From: Zootoca vivipara
Lineage: Eukaryota
Length of the DNA stretch: 64,000 bases
Direction: 5' to 3'
Assembly (NCBI RefSeq): GCF_963506605.1
Contig: NC_083282.1
Span: 60,016,001 to 60,080,000, forward strand
This document shows, piece after piece, positions 38,150 to 50,709 of this stretch. Each line of letters begins with the position of its first letter. The stretch's first letter is position 1. The position numbers and the translations under genes were made by a program. The notes under the pieces are model-generated. The model saw nothing but the letters and a program-made list of their open reading frames with translations, was not told the DNA's origin and searched no databases.

Positions 38150-38255
38150 CAACCCATTCCTGTCTCAGATGCTTTAGTTGAGATTCCTGCATTGCAGGGA
38201 GTTGGGCTATATGACTTTTGGGGGTTCCTTTCAACTCTATAATTCTATGATTCCT
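38150..38255 (+). mobile_element. CR1 3' tail fragment
   Basis: gattcctgcattgcagggagttgg...ttcaactctataattctatgattc. Confidence 0.7.
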
Positions 38256-38393
38256 TTGTATCCTTTGAAACCACGTGAGCTAAATCACTAAAAATGCTTT
38301 GCAAAAGAATTAACAATCTCTCAGATCAACTTTTTGGCAAAAACAAAGAACAAAACAAAAACAAAAACAAAAACAAAGACACATCCTCTAAAC

Positions 38394-38529
38394 CAGGCAT
38401 CCCCAAACTGCAGCCCTCCAGATGTTTTGGCCTACAACTCCCATGATCCCTAGCTAACAGGACCAGTGGTCGGGGAAGATGGGAATTGTAGTCCAAAACA
38501 TCTGGAGGGCCGAAGTTTGGGGATACCTG
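38394..38529. mobile_element. Palindromic 136-bp hAT MITE (copy 4)
   Basis: Near-identical to copy 3; flanks CTCTAAAC / GCCTAGGT do not match. Confidence 0.9.
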
Positions 38530-38554
38530 GCCTAGGTCTTGAGATATCCTAAAG

Positions 38555-38903
38555 CAGGGGCAAGGAAAGGTTTTCAGACTTGAGGGCCACGTTCCCTTCT
38601 AACAACCTCCTGGGGGCCACATGACATTGGTGGGTGGTGCCAGAGATAAAAGTGAACAAAGCAATGCATGTAAATTTCACTTTTGCAAACCTCTCTATCC
38701 TTCATTTAGGGAAGCAAGATGCATTTTTGAACTTCAAGAACACATTTCACCCGGCCAAAACTCTTGAGGAGGGTTCAAAGCAGGGTTAGTGAGGGGTGTG
38801 ATGGGGAAGGGTGTGCGGTCTGGGGCGAGTGACTTGGAGGGACCCAGATAGGGTGACTTGGAGGGCCACATTGAATCCCTAGGCCTGAAGTTCCCTTCCC
38901 CTA
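38555..38903. mobile_element. Old hAT/Charlie-like MITE
   Basis: cagggg..gagggccac at the left and gagggccac..ggcctgaagttcccttcccct at the right; degenerate. Confidence 0.45.
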
Positions 38904-39761
38904 CCCTTGCCTTAGTTTCTCCCTGAATTCTATGGGCTGGATTGACCTAACCAGCCCTGTGCTGTGCAAGGACTTCCAATTGTACCATGGAGCTTCCTCT
39001 CCTCCCTCAAAATTCACTGGGCATGGGGTGGGGTGGAGAATCACCAGAACAGAACGCAGGGGGGGGTATTGTTCCATCTCTGAAGCTGCGATACATGCAG
39101 AGATATAACGTTTGGAAGAGAGCGATGTTGACTTCCGTCCTAGGTGACCTCCGCCTACCACTTCCAACACCCACACTTGCTCCCATCTAATCTTCCACTA
39201 GACCACTCCTTCCCATTTATTAACACCACAACTAGAGACATTGGCATACCCATCTCAGATTCTGCCTCTGTACTAAACAGACAATGGCTGCTAACCGTGG
39301 CATATTCATGATCTTGTCTTTGGCTACAATTTTCAGAAGGGACTCCTAGGCTGTTGATGTCCGGATTGCACCTTATTCCTGCTCTGCGGTGTTGTATCAA
39401 CAACAGATGGTGGGCCAACCGGTTATGAGCCAACCGACTTCTACAAGTCATAACCAAAAGTATATATAAAAATCATGTACAAGAAATGCATAGTTTAGGA
39501 TAATGTATAACATGAAAACTTTAGGTTTTTCAGTGCCTATTTGTGAAGGGGAAATATTTCTAATTTTGGTGTGGTTTGAAGTGGGGTGGAATCAGATTGA
39601 TGTGGAAATGGCTGCAGAACACTCTGAATGAATACCTGTGAAACTGAGTTGGATTAGAAACAGAGTGATCTGTCTATCCCTACACCTGTGACCAAGAATA
39701 GCAATAAGCACAAGATAGAGGCTACCTGTGTCTGAGTGCTTGACCTAGTTCAGAAAGATAA

Positions 39762-41376
39762 TTACTCAGAAATCCTAGACCTGGAAGGTTGGAATAACCA
39801 TTATGGGTGGTATGCGTACTTGCTGTATGAAAAAGTGGCTGTGCATAAAGACTTCCTGAACCACATAGTCAGGAAGTCAATATATAAAATATGGATAAAA
39901 TATAGATGGCTCCTTGGACCTAAGATGCCTAAGTGGGTATTGCCCATGGAGGTTATGGCAGTGAAAAAAAGGAATACAGAAACAGTATGGCCCATGTACC
40001 AACAACTAGTAACAGAAGGAGATGGAGATAAACCTATGAGGAGATCAGCAATTATTGTAATAGTTGGCTACAATGCCATCAAATAGCACATAGATTTAAC
40101 CAGGGTAGAAAGAAAGGTTTTGAACAAAAAGTGTCAAAACTACAAAGTGAATTATTACAGCCTAGGAAGAAGACCATCTCTAGGACAATCTGTTGTTAGA
40201 GTGGGAACTGAAGGATTAAACAACCAAAGAAGTAATGATAAAATGGGCGAAGGATTTTGGTCGTACAGTACAAATGGAAAGCTGGGAAAAGTTGTGGAAG
40301 GTTGATATGAACTTCACGGCCTGTTATGTGATAAAAGAGAATATGATGAAGATGTTTTATTGCTGGTATCTCACCCCGGGAAAAATGACTAAGATTTATA
40401 AAAAGCAATCAAATATATGCTGGAGATGCAAGAGGGAGGTGGGAACTTTTTATCATATATGGTGGGGTTGCAAAATTATAAAACTATTCTGGAATGAGTT
40501 ATATGACGAGCTGAAAAAATTATTTAAGACTCCGTTTACAAAAATACCAGAGGTTTTTTTGTTAGGATTAATAGCCAATGACATCCCCAGAGATGAGAGA
40601 AGTGTATTCCTTTATGCAACTGCAGCGGCCAGAATATTAATTGCAAAGAACTGGAAGGGGGAGAAAATCTCATCAGTGTCAGAATGGCAAAATAAATTCT
40701 GCGAGTTTGTAGAAATGGCAAAATTGACAGCAATTATTAGAGGCCATACAAATCAGAAAATAATCAAAGAATGGGACAGAGTGAAGGAATACATGAAAAA
40801 ATATTGTTCCGGAATTGAAATACAGTCATACCTCGGATTTCGTACTTTCGGGTTGCATACTCGGCAGACACTTCCGGGTTCCGCCACACGCACATGCGCA
40901 GAAGCGTTCTGCGCGCTTCGCGCATGTACAGAAGCGCTCTATCGGCGCTTCGCGCATGCACTAAAGCGCCGCTCGGGTTGAGTACTTTTCGGGGTGCAAA
41001 CGGCACCCTGGAACGGATTGGGTACTCAACCCGAAGTACCACTGTAATAATAGATAATGTGTAAAGCGCACAGGGGTACGTAAGAAAAGAATAATAGAAT
41101 TAACTGGACAATTACTAAATCGAATTAACACAAGATGGAAGAAGTAAAACTTTGAGATCACACACAGGTGAGGGGGAGTGGGGGGGTTGTGGGAAATTAT
41201 AATATTATTTTCTAACTGCATTCATATATAGTAAAGAGAAGTTTAGAGTAATGATCCACATTTTTATTTCAATAGAGGCAATTTATGTAATAGACTTATG
41301 TTAGAAAATGATCTCGATGTTTGTATTTTTTAATTTAAAGTTTATATTATTATTTTTCTGGTTTTGAAATAAATAA
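39762..41376 (+). mobile_element. L1-clade LINE, 5'-truncated ORF2 C-terminus plus 3' UTR (antisense to INKA2)
   Basis: Frameshifted ORF2 pieces 39736-40086 and 40235-40820 with Cys-rich motif CWRCKREVGTFYHIWWGC and AARILIAKNWK; AATAAA-rich end; long flanking duplication. Confidence 0.88.
40823..41044. mobile_element. Tc1/mariner MITE inserted at the end of L1 ORF2
   Basis: TA|CAGTCATACCTCGG ... CCGAAGTACCACTG|TA. Confidence 0.88.
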
Positions 41377-42813
41377 AAGAATAGCAATAAGCACAAGATA
41401 GAGGCTACCTGTGCTTGACCTAGTTCAGAAAGATAACCATTGCATTTCCATGCCTTTCCTTCACTTGGAAGAGATGTGCCTTCAGTAAAAGGAATACACA
41501 TGAGATAGCACTATGTGTGTGGCATATTCCAAACCTTTCCCTTGCATGAACAGCCTTTTGTCCCTGAAAGATCATTTTTTATGCATGCTCCTTGCAAGTA
41601 AGTGATACCATCTTTTTCAGAGCCCGTAGATTTATATCAATGCACAGCTGTGTTCTGAGGATGCTGGCAGGCTAACAGCACAAAATCATGAAAGATTACC
41701 AGTTGCAAAAGCTGCTCTGGGTTATGCATCCATGGGTACCTGTGTCTCCAGGTCTCTCCCAGGCCTATGCCGGTGTAGCTCTGTGGCATTTCAAGTTGAA
41801 CTGATGAACAGGAAATTGGAAAGATACTGTCTCCGTCTCCCTCCTGGTCATTTGTTTTCTTTATCTGTAAGGCTGAAGAGCGATTTATTCCCTTCAGAGA
41901 TTTTTAATTCCATGGCAAAATTTATGAGCCGGAAATTAGATGAGCAGGATTTTATGTTTGACTATACACAGTTCTGCCCTGGTGCTATTGTCAGACGAGT
42001 GTCAAATGGGATTCTTATATGACGTGAGTGCATGTTATTGCGGCACTGACTAGGGCAATGGGTTAGGGAAGGGATGGAGGATCTGCGCCTCTTCAGATGC
42101 TTATTATGTCCATTTTTATTATTTTTATTTAAACAAATGTAATCCGCCAGTTAATCAAAGAATCCTTAAGGTGCACATAAAGCAATTTAAATCAATTACC
42201 AATATAAAAATATTACCAGCAGAATTGAAACCTGGTGATTGCAGATGTTGTTGGACGCCCAACTCCAATGACCAGCATGGTCAATGATCAGGCATGGCGG
42301 AAAGTGGGGTCAAACATTTGGGGAGGGAGGTGTCCCACGCTGTCGCTCCCTGCCCTTTGCTTCAGAGCTCACTTTCCCCAGCCTCCACCCCTTTATATGC
42401 TCAATTCTCGCAAAAACACAATCTAAGCAGAATGGAACCATATTGAAGAACAGCACAGTTATCTCCCTATAACAGAGTGCCTGTCATTTTGTGAACTCAT
42501 CAATAAAGTATGGCACTGTGTGGAAAAGTTACTTTTTTAGCTCTCCAATTTCTTAGGCCCTTAATAAACAATGTGTTTATCTGGAGAGAATCTATTCTAC
42601 GGTTTATTTATCTGCTTTTAATATACATTTTAGAGGTATGGCCCCTGATCCATTTCTGATTAAAATAACTCCCCTGCGCACAACCTGCTAGTTGCTTCCA
42701 AAGGCCTTTGGGCTATAAGCGTTCTGGATTTTTCCTTTGGGCCATCCTATACATGTCTACTCAGAACTAAGCCCCACTGAGTTCAAAGGGACTGACTCCC
42801 AAGTAAGTGAGTA

Positions 42814-43029
42814 CAGTCTTACATTGGAAGTTGAACAGACTAGTTCTCGAGCGTTCTGGCTCCCGAATGATCGAAACCCGGAAGTGACTGTTTTCAAACG
42901 TTCTTTTGGAAACTGAACATCTGATGGGGCTTCCTGCAGCCAATCAGAAGCCATGCTTTGGTTTTGGAACGTTTTGGAAGTCGAACGGATTTCCGGAACA
43001 GATTCCGTTTGACTTCCAGGGTACAACTG
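42814..43029. mobile_element. Tc1/mariner MITE inserted in an older short repeat
   Basis: TA|CAGTCTTACATTGGAAGT ... ACTTCCAGGGTACAACTG|TA; internal cttcctgcagccaatcagaagcc. Confidence 0.85.
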
Positions 43030-43071
43030 TATAGGCTTGTATCATGTCAAAGAGAAAAACAGCTACCAGAT

Positions 43072-43202
43072 TTTTAGAAGACATCTGAAGGCAGCCCTGT
43101 TTAGGGATGCTTTTAATGTTTAATTGATTATTTTATTTTATTTTTCTGTTGGAAGCTGCCCTGAATGGCTGAGGAAACCCAGCCAGATGGGCGGGGTATA
43201 AA

Positions 43203-43252
<50 letters not shown>
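43072..43252 (+). mobile_element. L2-like LINE 3' end with (ATT)n tail
   Basis: gacatctgaaggcagccctgtttaggga..ttctgttggaagctgccc..ccagccagatgggcggggtataaat + (ATT)n. Confidence 0.7.
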
Positions 43253-43253
<1 letters not shown>

Positions 43254-44791
43254 TGGTTTTTAACCTGCTTAAAGCTATCTTAATTAAAGTAGCTTGGGTA
43301 GCTGTTTTTACCTCCTCCCCCCCCCCCCTTTACAGTATTTTGGTTTTATTTGTTATTATTATTTTAAAATACTTATAAGAAGTGTTTATGATTAATGCTT
43401 ACTTGAGGTGACTTACAGAAGAACAGATAAAGAGATAATTCCAAGCAATAATAAAATGGGTGGCAAGGGCAAAACCTCCCATAAATCTCAGTCATAAAGC
43501 CAGCACTAATAGACAGCAGCGTATGGCTAGGTGGGACAACGGCACTCACCCGACCTCGCAACAACAGAGTCACTGCTGCTTCCTAGCAAGGCAGAGGGGG
43601 CAAGATAGTGGGGAGGTCAGAGCAGTGCAAATGCACCCGTAGGAGTGCCAGACTGACTCTGCCAATGTGTTTGCATCACCCCTCCCAGTAAGCAGCAGCA
43701 CCCCAGGTGTCAGGAGGTCAGGTGAGTGTTGCTACCCTACCACGTTGCCTGCTATCGGTAATAAATACACATCCAACCACACATAATAGGTTTTATTTTA
43801 TTTTTTGCAAGACTGTGTCCGAAAGAACTCACAGCAGAATGCAGAATGACTTGCGAATACGCCTGTGAAAATAAGATTTTTTTATTTTAAAAAAACTTAT
43901 GTAATCTACACTTGCTCATTGGTCTATCTCCAAGCACACGTTGAGCCAGATTTTTTTGAATGCGGCAAACAGTATAGCACAGCTATTAATCTGCAGCAGT
44001 GTTATTCTGCCCCTCCTGCCCCAGGAAGAATATAGCATCCAGCTGGGAAACTGCAGGATTGCCAATGGAAAGTCACTTATGGGAACCTGGTGCAGTGGCT
44101 AAAATGGACTGGTTGTCCATCCATTGGACTCTGCTGTTGATCTAGCTGTGCCCTTCCCTTTCTAATGAATGAAGGTGCCAGCTGAGAGGATCACAAGTTT
44201 CAAGCGCTTGTATTTGGGCAATTCAAATTATCTGAATGAAAGCCATCTGGAAAGAAATCTGAGTGCACCAGCGGTTATCGGCTTCCATGGGAAAACCCCC
44301 TACCCAGACACAAAAAGGTATTCCATTCATTCAGTTCACATTTATTTTAGAGTAGCTGTGATCATGCAGACGTTTGGCCAGGCTTTGACCGTGAGTTGAT
44401 AGGAAGCCCAGTTCCAGCATATTTATATTCAGAGTGTATTTATACAAGCAATATTTCACACAGCTCAGCACATGTTGGCAAAACTGCGTATCAACAGATG
44501 TTGCCTCTCAGCCACTGATCTGCATAGACAATGACTGCTCATGGGACACTCAAAGATGCTGAACACATTGCAAAGACGTCAGATCGCAATGTACCAGACT
44601 TTGTTCAGGTAATTATGTTGCTCGAGAACAGCAACAGCAAAAGTGGAGTAAACTTAGGGACACTCACACATGCAGTTTGCTACTCCAGAGCACTGCTCCT
44701 CAAAAGCCGCAGGTATGCGATCACATGGGTAAAAGACAATGTGTGACCCAGTAGCATAAATGCACAGAAAGAATTCCTATGGTTGCAGTAG

Positions 44792-45039
44792 AAGAAGAAG
44801 AGTTTGGATTTGATATCCTGCTTTATCACTACCCGAAGGAGTCTCAAAGCGGCTAACAATCTCCTATTCCCTTGCTCCCCACAACAAACACCCTGTGAGG
44901 TGAGTGGGGCTGAGAGACTTCAAAGAAGTATGTCTAGCCCAAGGTCACCCAGCAGCTGCATGTGGAGGAGCGGAGACCTGAACCAGGTTCCCCAGATTAC
45001 GAGTCTACCGTTCTTAACCACTACACCACACTGGCTCTC
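44792..45039 (-). mobile_element. Full-length tRNA-derived SINE (Squam3-type) with (TTC)n tail
   Basis: Minus strand gagagccagtgtggtgtagtggttaaga (A box)..ggttcaggtctcc (B-box-like)..caaactcttcttcttc; short CAGTAG repeat at both flanks. Confidence 0.85.
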
Positions 45040-46139
45040 AGTAGCACTTCTGGAGTTACCGCATTAGTGGAAAGTGCTTGCAGGTGCATATCTGCACATG
45101 GCTAGATCATGCGCTATGTTTCTGCATGCTTTCTCATGCATGGGGATTCTTGCATGGGGCAGCAAACAGGTACCAAGATGCATGTATGTTTCATAGCATG
45201 TTTATACAGTTAGTGATAAGAACATGTCCCAGCATTTGAGGTACGGAAGGCCTGTTTTACTCTTAGCATGTCTCACTCAATAGGATAGCCGTTCCTTGGC
45301 CCGCCCACCCACCCCCGCCGTGTGCATCAGCAGAACACGTATATGGTAAGTACGCTTTCCCCTGTTCCACCCCATCCTTTTAGTGATGTGTTTAGTGACG
45401 TTTTCAGGTCACTTCTGGGTTCGGTACCGTGCACGATCACATATCATTCAGATGTGCGTTAATCAGTTGTTGCCTGCACATAATTCTGTGCTCTAAACCA
45501 GCAGTTCCTCACAGGGGTGTGAGCTGTTGTTGTTATGAAGGTGTTTATATTTATTTCATTTTGTTTATGAATCGCTTCCTATGAGGCATCCCCTGAAGTG
45601 ATTTATAATATAACAACATATATAAAAGTTACAGTATATAAAACAGGATAAACAATTGCATACAGTATATAAAAACATGTAAAAGCTTGCACCTAGAGTA
45701 AGAAGTCTGTTCTACAGGGTGCTTAGAGATCAGACGTTCTAAACCACCACCAGTATGTGATGGAGCAAAGATTTGTGAGTCTCTCTGTGTCTGCTTATAC
45801 ATATGTGCAGGGTATGGTTTGCACCTCAAAAAGTTCTAGTTCAGATGCTGAAATCCTATTTCTTTTTTTGTTTCTTCTTTTTTTGACGTTTAAATTTGTT
45901 CAGCACCAGATTTAGGGCAGTGGGCGATTCCCCCACAAGGGCACTGAACAAAGGGGGTGCAAAATTGAGAAGACCCAGAACTGAGAAGATCCATTTTGGG
46001 GCGCCAAATTTTGGCCTCACACATGCTGCCATATCACAACAGATTACCCAAGTCCGCCCCTGTATTATTTCATTTATATCCCATCTTTCTTCCAAGGAGC
46101 TCAAGTTCATGGATCTCCTCTGAAACTCCTCCCAGCAAC

Positions 46140-46140
<1 letters not shown>

Positions 46141-46177
<37 letters not shown>

Positions 46178-46281
46178 TATTTGTACCCCGCCCATCTGGC
46201 TGAGTCTCCCCAGCCACTCTGGGCGGCTCCCAATCGAGTATTAAAACAGTACAGCATTAAATATTAAAAGCTTCCCTAAAC
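46141..46281 (-). mobile_element. L2-like LINE 3' end with (ATT)n tail
   Basis: Reverse complement of the 43.1 kb element. Confidence 0.7.
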
Positions 46282-47269
46282 CATGCCAAGGTACGTTAGT
46301 CTGTGAGACAATGATGGTCCCAAAATCATCCCTGCTCTTAGTGGTGATTTGAACTCCAATCTCCCAGATCCTAGTCCAAAACAGTTCCCCATACTATGAT
46401 GAACCCGACAAGATAAAGGAAGGAAGGAAAGCTTAAGATGATGAGGCACCGACCGCCTTTTTGACAGAATTAATCTCTCACATTAAGCCCTAACAAAATG
46501 TACGTTGTCACGATTACCAGCATCTATAAAGCAAAAGGTTGAAACAGTCCTCAAACAAAGCCAAGCTAAATTCCTATCCTGCTGGCTGTCATTATCTTTC
46601 CCCTCCCTTACATTGCCAACCATTAACAAGATTTGCTTCCTTAAGTGGGCCAGCCTTACAAGACCTCGCTGCAATCTGACATTTATTCTGCTCCTCTTGA
46701 CACAGAAAACAAGTGCTTGTTGTGTCTGCATACTGCAGATCAGCATTTTACTCAATGCAAGCTGGGAGCGTAAAAGTGAACTCCTACTTAAACTGTGAAA
46801 AATACCATGTTTATTGTCCTTATCTGGGGATATAAAAAAGGCATGACCTGGCTGGTAATGAAGTAAGTGGTGGAAAAAGTCAGGGTCAACAGATTCAGTT
46901 CCCAGCCCCAATGCGCCCAGATGGTTCCAGCTATCTGTTAAATTGCTTGCCTTTTGGAAAAATGAAATTTCATCTATTTTAATTCAAGAGAGTATTGATT
47001 TGAAATATTTCACATCAGGAGAATGTAGGATGGCTTCTGTTAGCGTAGTTCTCTTGTCCTGGCAAATTTACTTTATTGCTCAGTTAGATGGTATATGAGA
47101 TGTGAGCCCAAATCAATGCAGCACCTAAATCAAAGACCAAATCTAAAACCATTTACACATGGGCTAAGGCTGGAGAATATGCCTGCAAGCCTTCATTAGG
47201 ATGCTCAACTTATAGCACATGGCTGGGTCAGACTTCCAGAGCTCTGGCTTCATCGGAGAGCAAGACTTT

Positions 47270-47828
47270 TGTCAAGTTTATGCCATAAATCGTATGCCAT
47301 AAAACTTTTGGGGCATTTTATGATTGACCTTGCTATGTCGTCGTCTGTCACTGGGACAGGGGCACGGCAGGAATTTTCCCCACTTGGCTTTTGCCATTTG
47401 GGTTTCACCTGCCGTGTAGCAAATCGTCACAACTTGTAAGGTTGCAGATAGGCACTGGTTCAGGTGATAGGGATGGGAGAACAGTCTCGCCATCCCTATG
47501 TGAAGGGTATTCCGTTAAAGGAATCCAGGGACTCAACTTGAGGGGGTTGTGCCCTGCCTGAGTTCAGGGGAGCATCTGGGGAGTGAACAGAGTCTGTTCC
47601 TGGGCTTTTCACCTACCTCAGGTGTTCACCCTTGGCTGACCTATGACAGAGCTCTGGGTCAGCGCTACCTGCAAAGGTGCAGGGAGCTAGTCGAACCAGA
47701 GCCTATGCAACCACTCATTTTTCTGGAATCAATAAAGTTGTGGCCTAAATTCTGCCAAGAACCAAAACTAAAATTTGAGTCAAATGTGTGTTTATTTAGG
47801 GGGGAGTTCTCTGGGTCTGAACACGCAA
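47270..47828 (+). mobile_element. LTR-like / DIRS-Ngaro-like terminal sequence, copy 2
   Basis: Homologous blocks and the same 3' terminus (acacgcaa) as 31643-32414. Confidence 0.5.
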
Positions 47829-47941
47829 GTATATTTAAATAGCAACCCCCCCCCCAGGTTACATGCATTCTCCTTACGTGTGACCGCCTGTTCATGAGGC
47901 ACTGGGAAATAAATGAACAAATAAACAGAATCATACCAAGA

Positions 47942-48047
47942 AATAGAATCACTGAATTGCAGAGTTGGAAGAGATCACAAGGGCCAACTAGTCCAACCCC
48001 CTGCAATACAGGGATCTCAGCTAAAGCAGATGGCCACCCAACCTGTG
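47942..48047 (-). mobile_element. CR1-type 3' tail fragment
   Basis: agagttggaagagatcacaagggccaactagtccaaccccctgc, as at 61234-61280. Confidence 0.7.
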
Positions 48048-49366
48048 CAGGAGAGAGATGAAGAGTCCTTGTGACTCATGAGAAGACCCTCTCCAGAGCC
48101 CAAAGAAGACGTCAGCAAGGGCAGAGGAAGCCCTGAAGAGGCCAGAGGCATAGTGGGGCTTTGTTTAGGCCGCTCAGCCTCCCCGCTTAGCAGCTGACAT
48201 GTGGGGTAGCTCAGCTGCTACCACTTTCCCATGCATCCTCCATCCTCCATCTGGCTCCAGAGCTTCAACTGCAGATATTTTGGTCTGGATTGGGGAGAAA
48301 GCGGGAGAGAGAGCTGGGAAAATAGGCATTTAGAGGCTTTTTGGAGGGTGCTCCCCACTGTACATGATTTCACTTATGAACACGGTGTCCCGGAACATAA
48401 CCCCCATGTAAATGGGGAGGTGCCTTTATATAGGGGGGGGGAAACTGTTTTGGAGCTGGAGCCTGCAAAATCATATGCTGATTAACCCTGCTGCTCAGGG
48501 ATTGATCTTGCACTTTTGAAAATCAATCCAGTTCTAGAAAAAATTACTTCCAAGTCAATGTGCTTTTGATTCTGTGGTAAGAGTGTCATTCAGTTTCCAT
48601 TAAAACTATGGCAAAACTCCCACGGAATGTAATGATTCTGGCTTGCACTCTATGCAAGGCTGCCAATTTTTTCCTTTTCTTTCTTGGCAGTACTGGGTAC
48701 AATTTTAGCATTGCATAACAGGTAAAAAGTCATTTAGGGACGCTTTTCTTATCGCTGCATCTCCAAGCTTCTTGTCTAGCCCTCCTGTCTAGCCTTATAA
48801 TAGTGGTAATCCCATTCTCCAAGCTGCATCTGCCACACTTGAGTACTTCTGTGCTTAATGGACGCATGCGGATATGACTCCAACCTGCACCCTCTGAACC
48901 ATGCCAGGATCCCACGGCTCATGCTCTTGCACTTTGGGGCCAAGGCCTCAGGGTTGGGTGTGGTGCTGCCAGACAGTTATATTGCAGCAGATTTTATCTT
49001 TTCAAACGGGCACACGTTTTTCTCCTGTCAATCACAGGGAAATTGAACATAAGCACAGACAGAACCTGAGCAAGTATCCACAAGCCGCTTCAGAATCTTA
49101 TTTAAATCCTGATAAAAACCATGGAAAAAAGCCAGAATTAATTGTGGAGAGCAGGGTCTGTTTCATTTTTTTTTAAAAAAAAGCTATTTACTTTCCTTGA
49201 GTTGTTGGATAATCTAGCCATGTATACTTTGAAAACATGCTCTATATGTTTATTAATATACTGTGTGTGGCAGGGGGTTATTGTTTTGTTCTAACTATTT
49301 ATTTGTGCTTTTATGTTGTATTTTTATCTTGTGAACTACCCTGAGATCTTCAGACGAAGGGCAGTA

Positions 49367-49612
49367 CAGTCGTACCTTGGAAGTCGAACGGAATCCATTC
49401 CGGTAGTCCGTTTGATTTCCAAAACTTTCAGAAACCAAATCACAGCTTCTGATTGGCTGCAGGAAGCTCCTGCAGCCAATCAGAAGCCACGGAAGCCCCG
49501 TCGGACATTCGGGTTCCAAAAGAACGTTCACAAACTGGAACAATCACTTCCAGGTTTGTGGGCGTTTGGACGTCCAAGTTCCAGGGCGTTCGACAACCAA
49601 GGTATACAACTG
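49367..49612. mobile_element. Tc1/mariner MITE
   Basis: TA|CAGTCGTACCTTGGAAGTCGAACGG ... CCAAGGTATACAACTG|TA. Confidence 0.88.
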
Positions 49613-49639
49613 TATATAAATATTATTATCCCCAGCAAT

Positions 49640-49925
49640 TCCAGGTAGAGAGTGGAAAGACCTGCCTGAAACCCTGAAGAGCTGCTGACAATCAGTGTTG
49701 ACAATACTAGGCCAGATGGACTAATCATCCGACCTGATATCAGGCATCTTCCCATGTTCCATATAAAAGTGTTTAAGAGAAGTGTTGCGGCCGTGGGCTA
49801 GAGCACAGGCTTTACATGCCAAAGTTCAATCCCTGGAGGACTGGGACTGTCCCTTGCCTGAACCCCAGCAGAGCAGCTGAAACTCAGGGTCAACAATACA
49901 GAACTAGATGGACCCACTCCGTAAA
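49640..49925 (+). mobile_element. Two adjacent old SINE fragments
   Basis: Repeated cctgcctgaa.ccc..agagc.gctg..a.tcag.gt..acaatac...ctagatggac motif; also seen at ~29.5 and ~59.8 kb. Confidence 0.55.
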
Positions 49926-50246
49926 TGGATTTTGGAAGTGGGGAAAGCAGCATGTCGTCTAGCAAATCAAGAGACGCATTATATAGAAATGCATCGTCTT
50001 TCTAGCCTGGCCAATACAAAGCAACTGGGAGTCTCTTTGGGTACAGCTGAGCCCCTCCCACCTTTCTCTTCTCCCATGATGTGGAACACAGAGCCTTTGT
50101 CCATCCGACTCCCTTGAAGTCAGCAGTGGCTGTTGTCTACTTGCATGGCTTGCTCATATTAAGGAGAACACTGTACTCAACAGAGAAGCTATTCACAGGT
50201 TATCCAAGGTAGTTTTACTAAAATCAACTGAACTGCTACAGAGTAC

Positions 50247-50709
50247 AGATGGGGTGAATTTGTCCCTTTTGTTTTTTCTCATCCCCTCAGTTTTCCATTC
50301 TCAAATTGAGTTCACATTTCCCCAACAGTTTGCAAAAAATTAAATTAAATGAATGACTAATAAATAACAACCTCATGAAAATCCACCAGCATTTTAGTGT
50401 GAATTTCTCCCACGAGACACATATTTGTATGCAATTTTGCCTAATATAAACATTTTTGCAAAGCAATTTTCCATGAAACAATGCATTCTTGTATATCATT
50501 TTCACTCACATATGTATTCTTATGGCTGCTTTACATTAGTGTATGTGTTTTTGTACACATCCGTTGGCTGGAGAACTGCATTGCAAAATTCAGAGAAGTG
50601 CGAATTCTGAAGGAAGGCAGTGCTTCAGTTCTCATAATGTGTCAGAAAGTGCAAACTAGGTAGCTTCACCTTTAAATGCAAACTCAATCAAATTTCTCCC
50701 CCATCCCTA
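50247..50709. mobile_element. Old DNA-transposon-like element with imperfect TIRs
   Basis: gatggggtgaatttg at the left versus caaatttctcccccatcc at the right. Confidence 0.4.

Noticed and set aside
40235-40981. 248-aa ORF as a host or domesticated fusion gene
   Set aside because: L1 ORF2 C-terminus reading by chance into an inserted MITE at 40823; upstream ORF2 is frameshifted.
45090-45275. Cluster of CATG cores as a second p53 element
   Set aside because: Only isolated half-sites (e.g. GAACATGTCC) without a properly paired second half-site.
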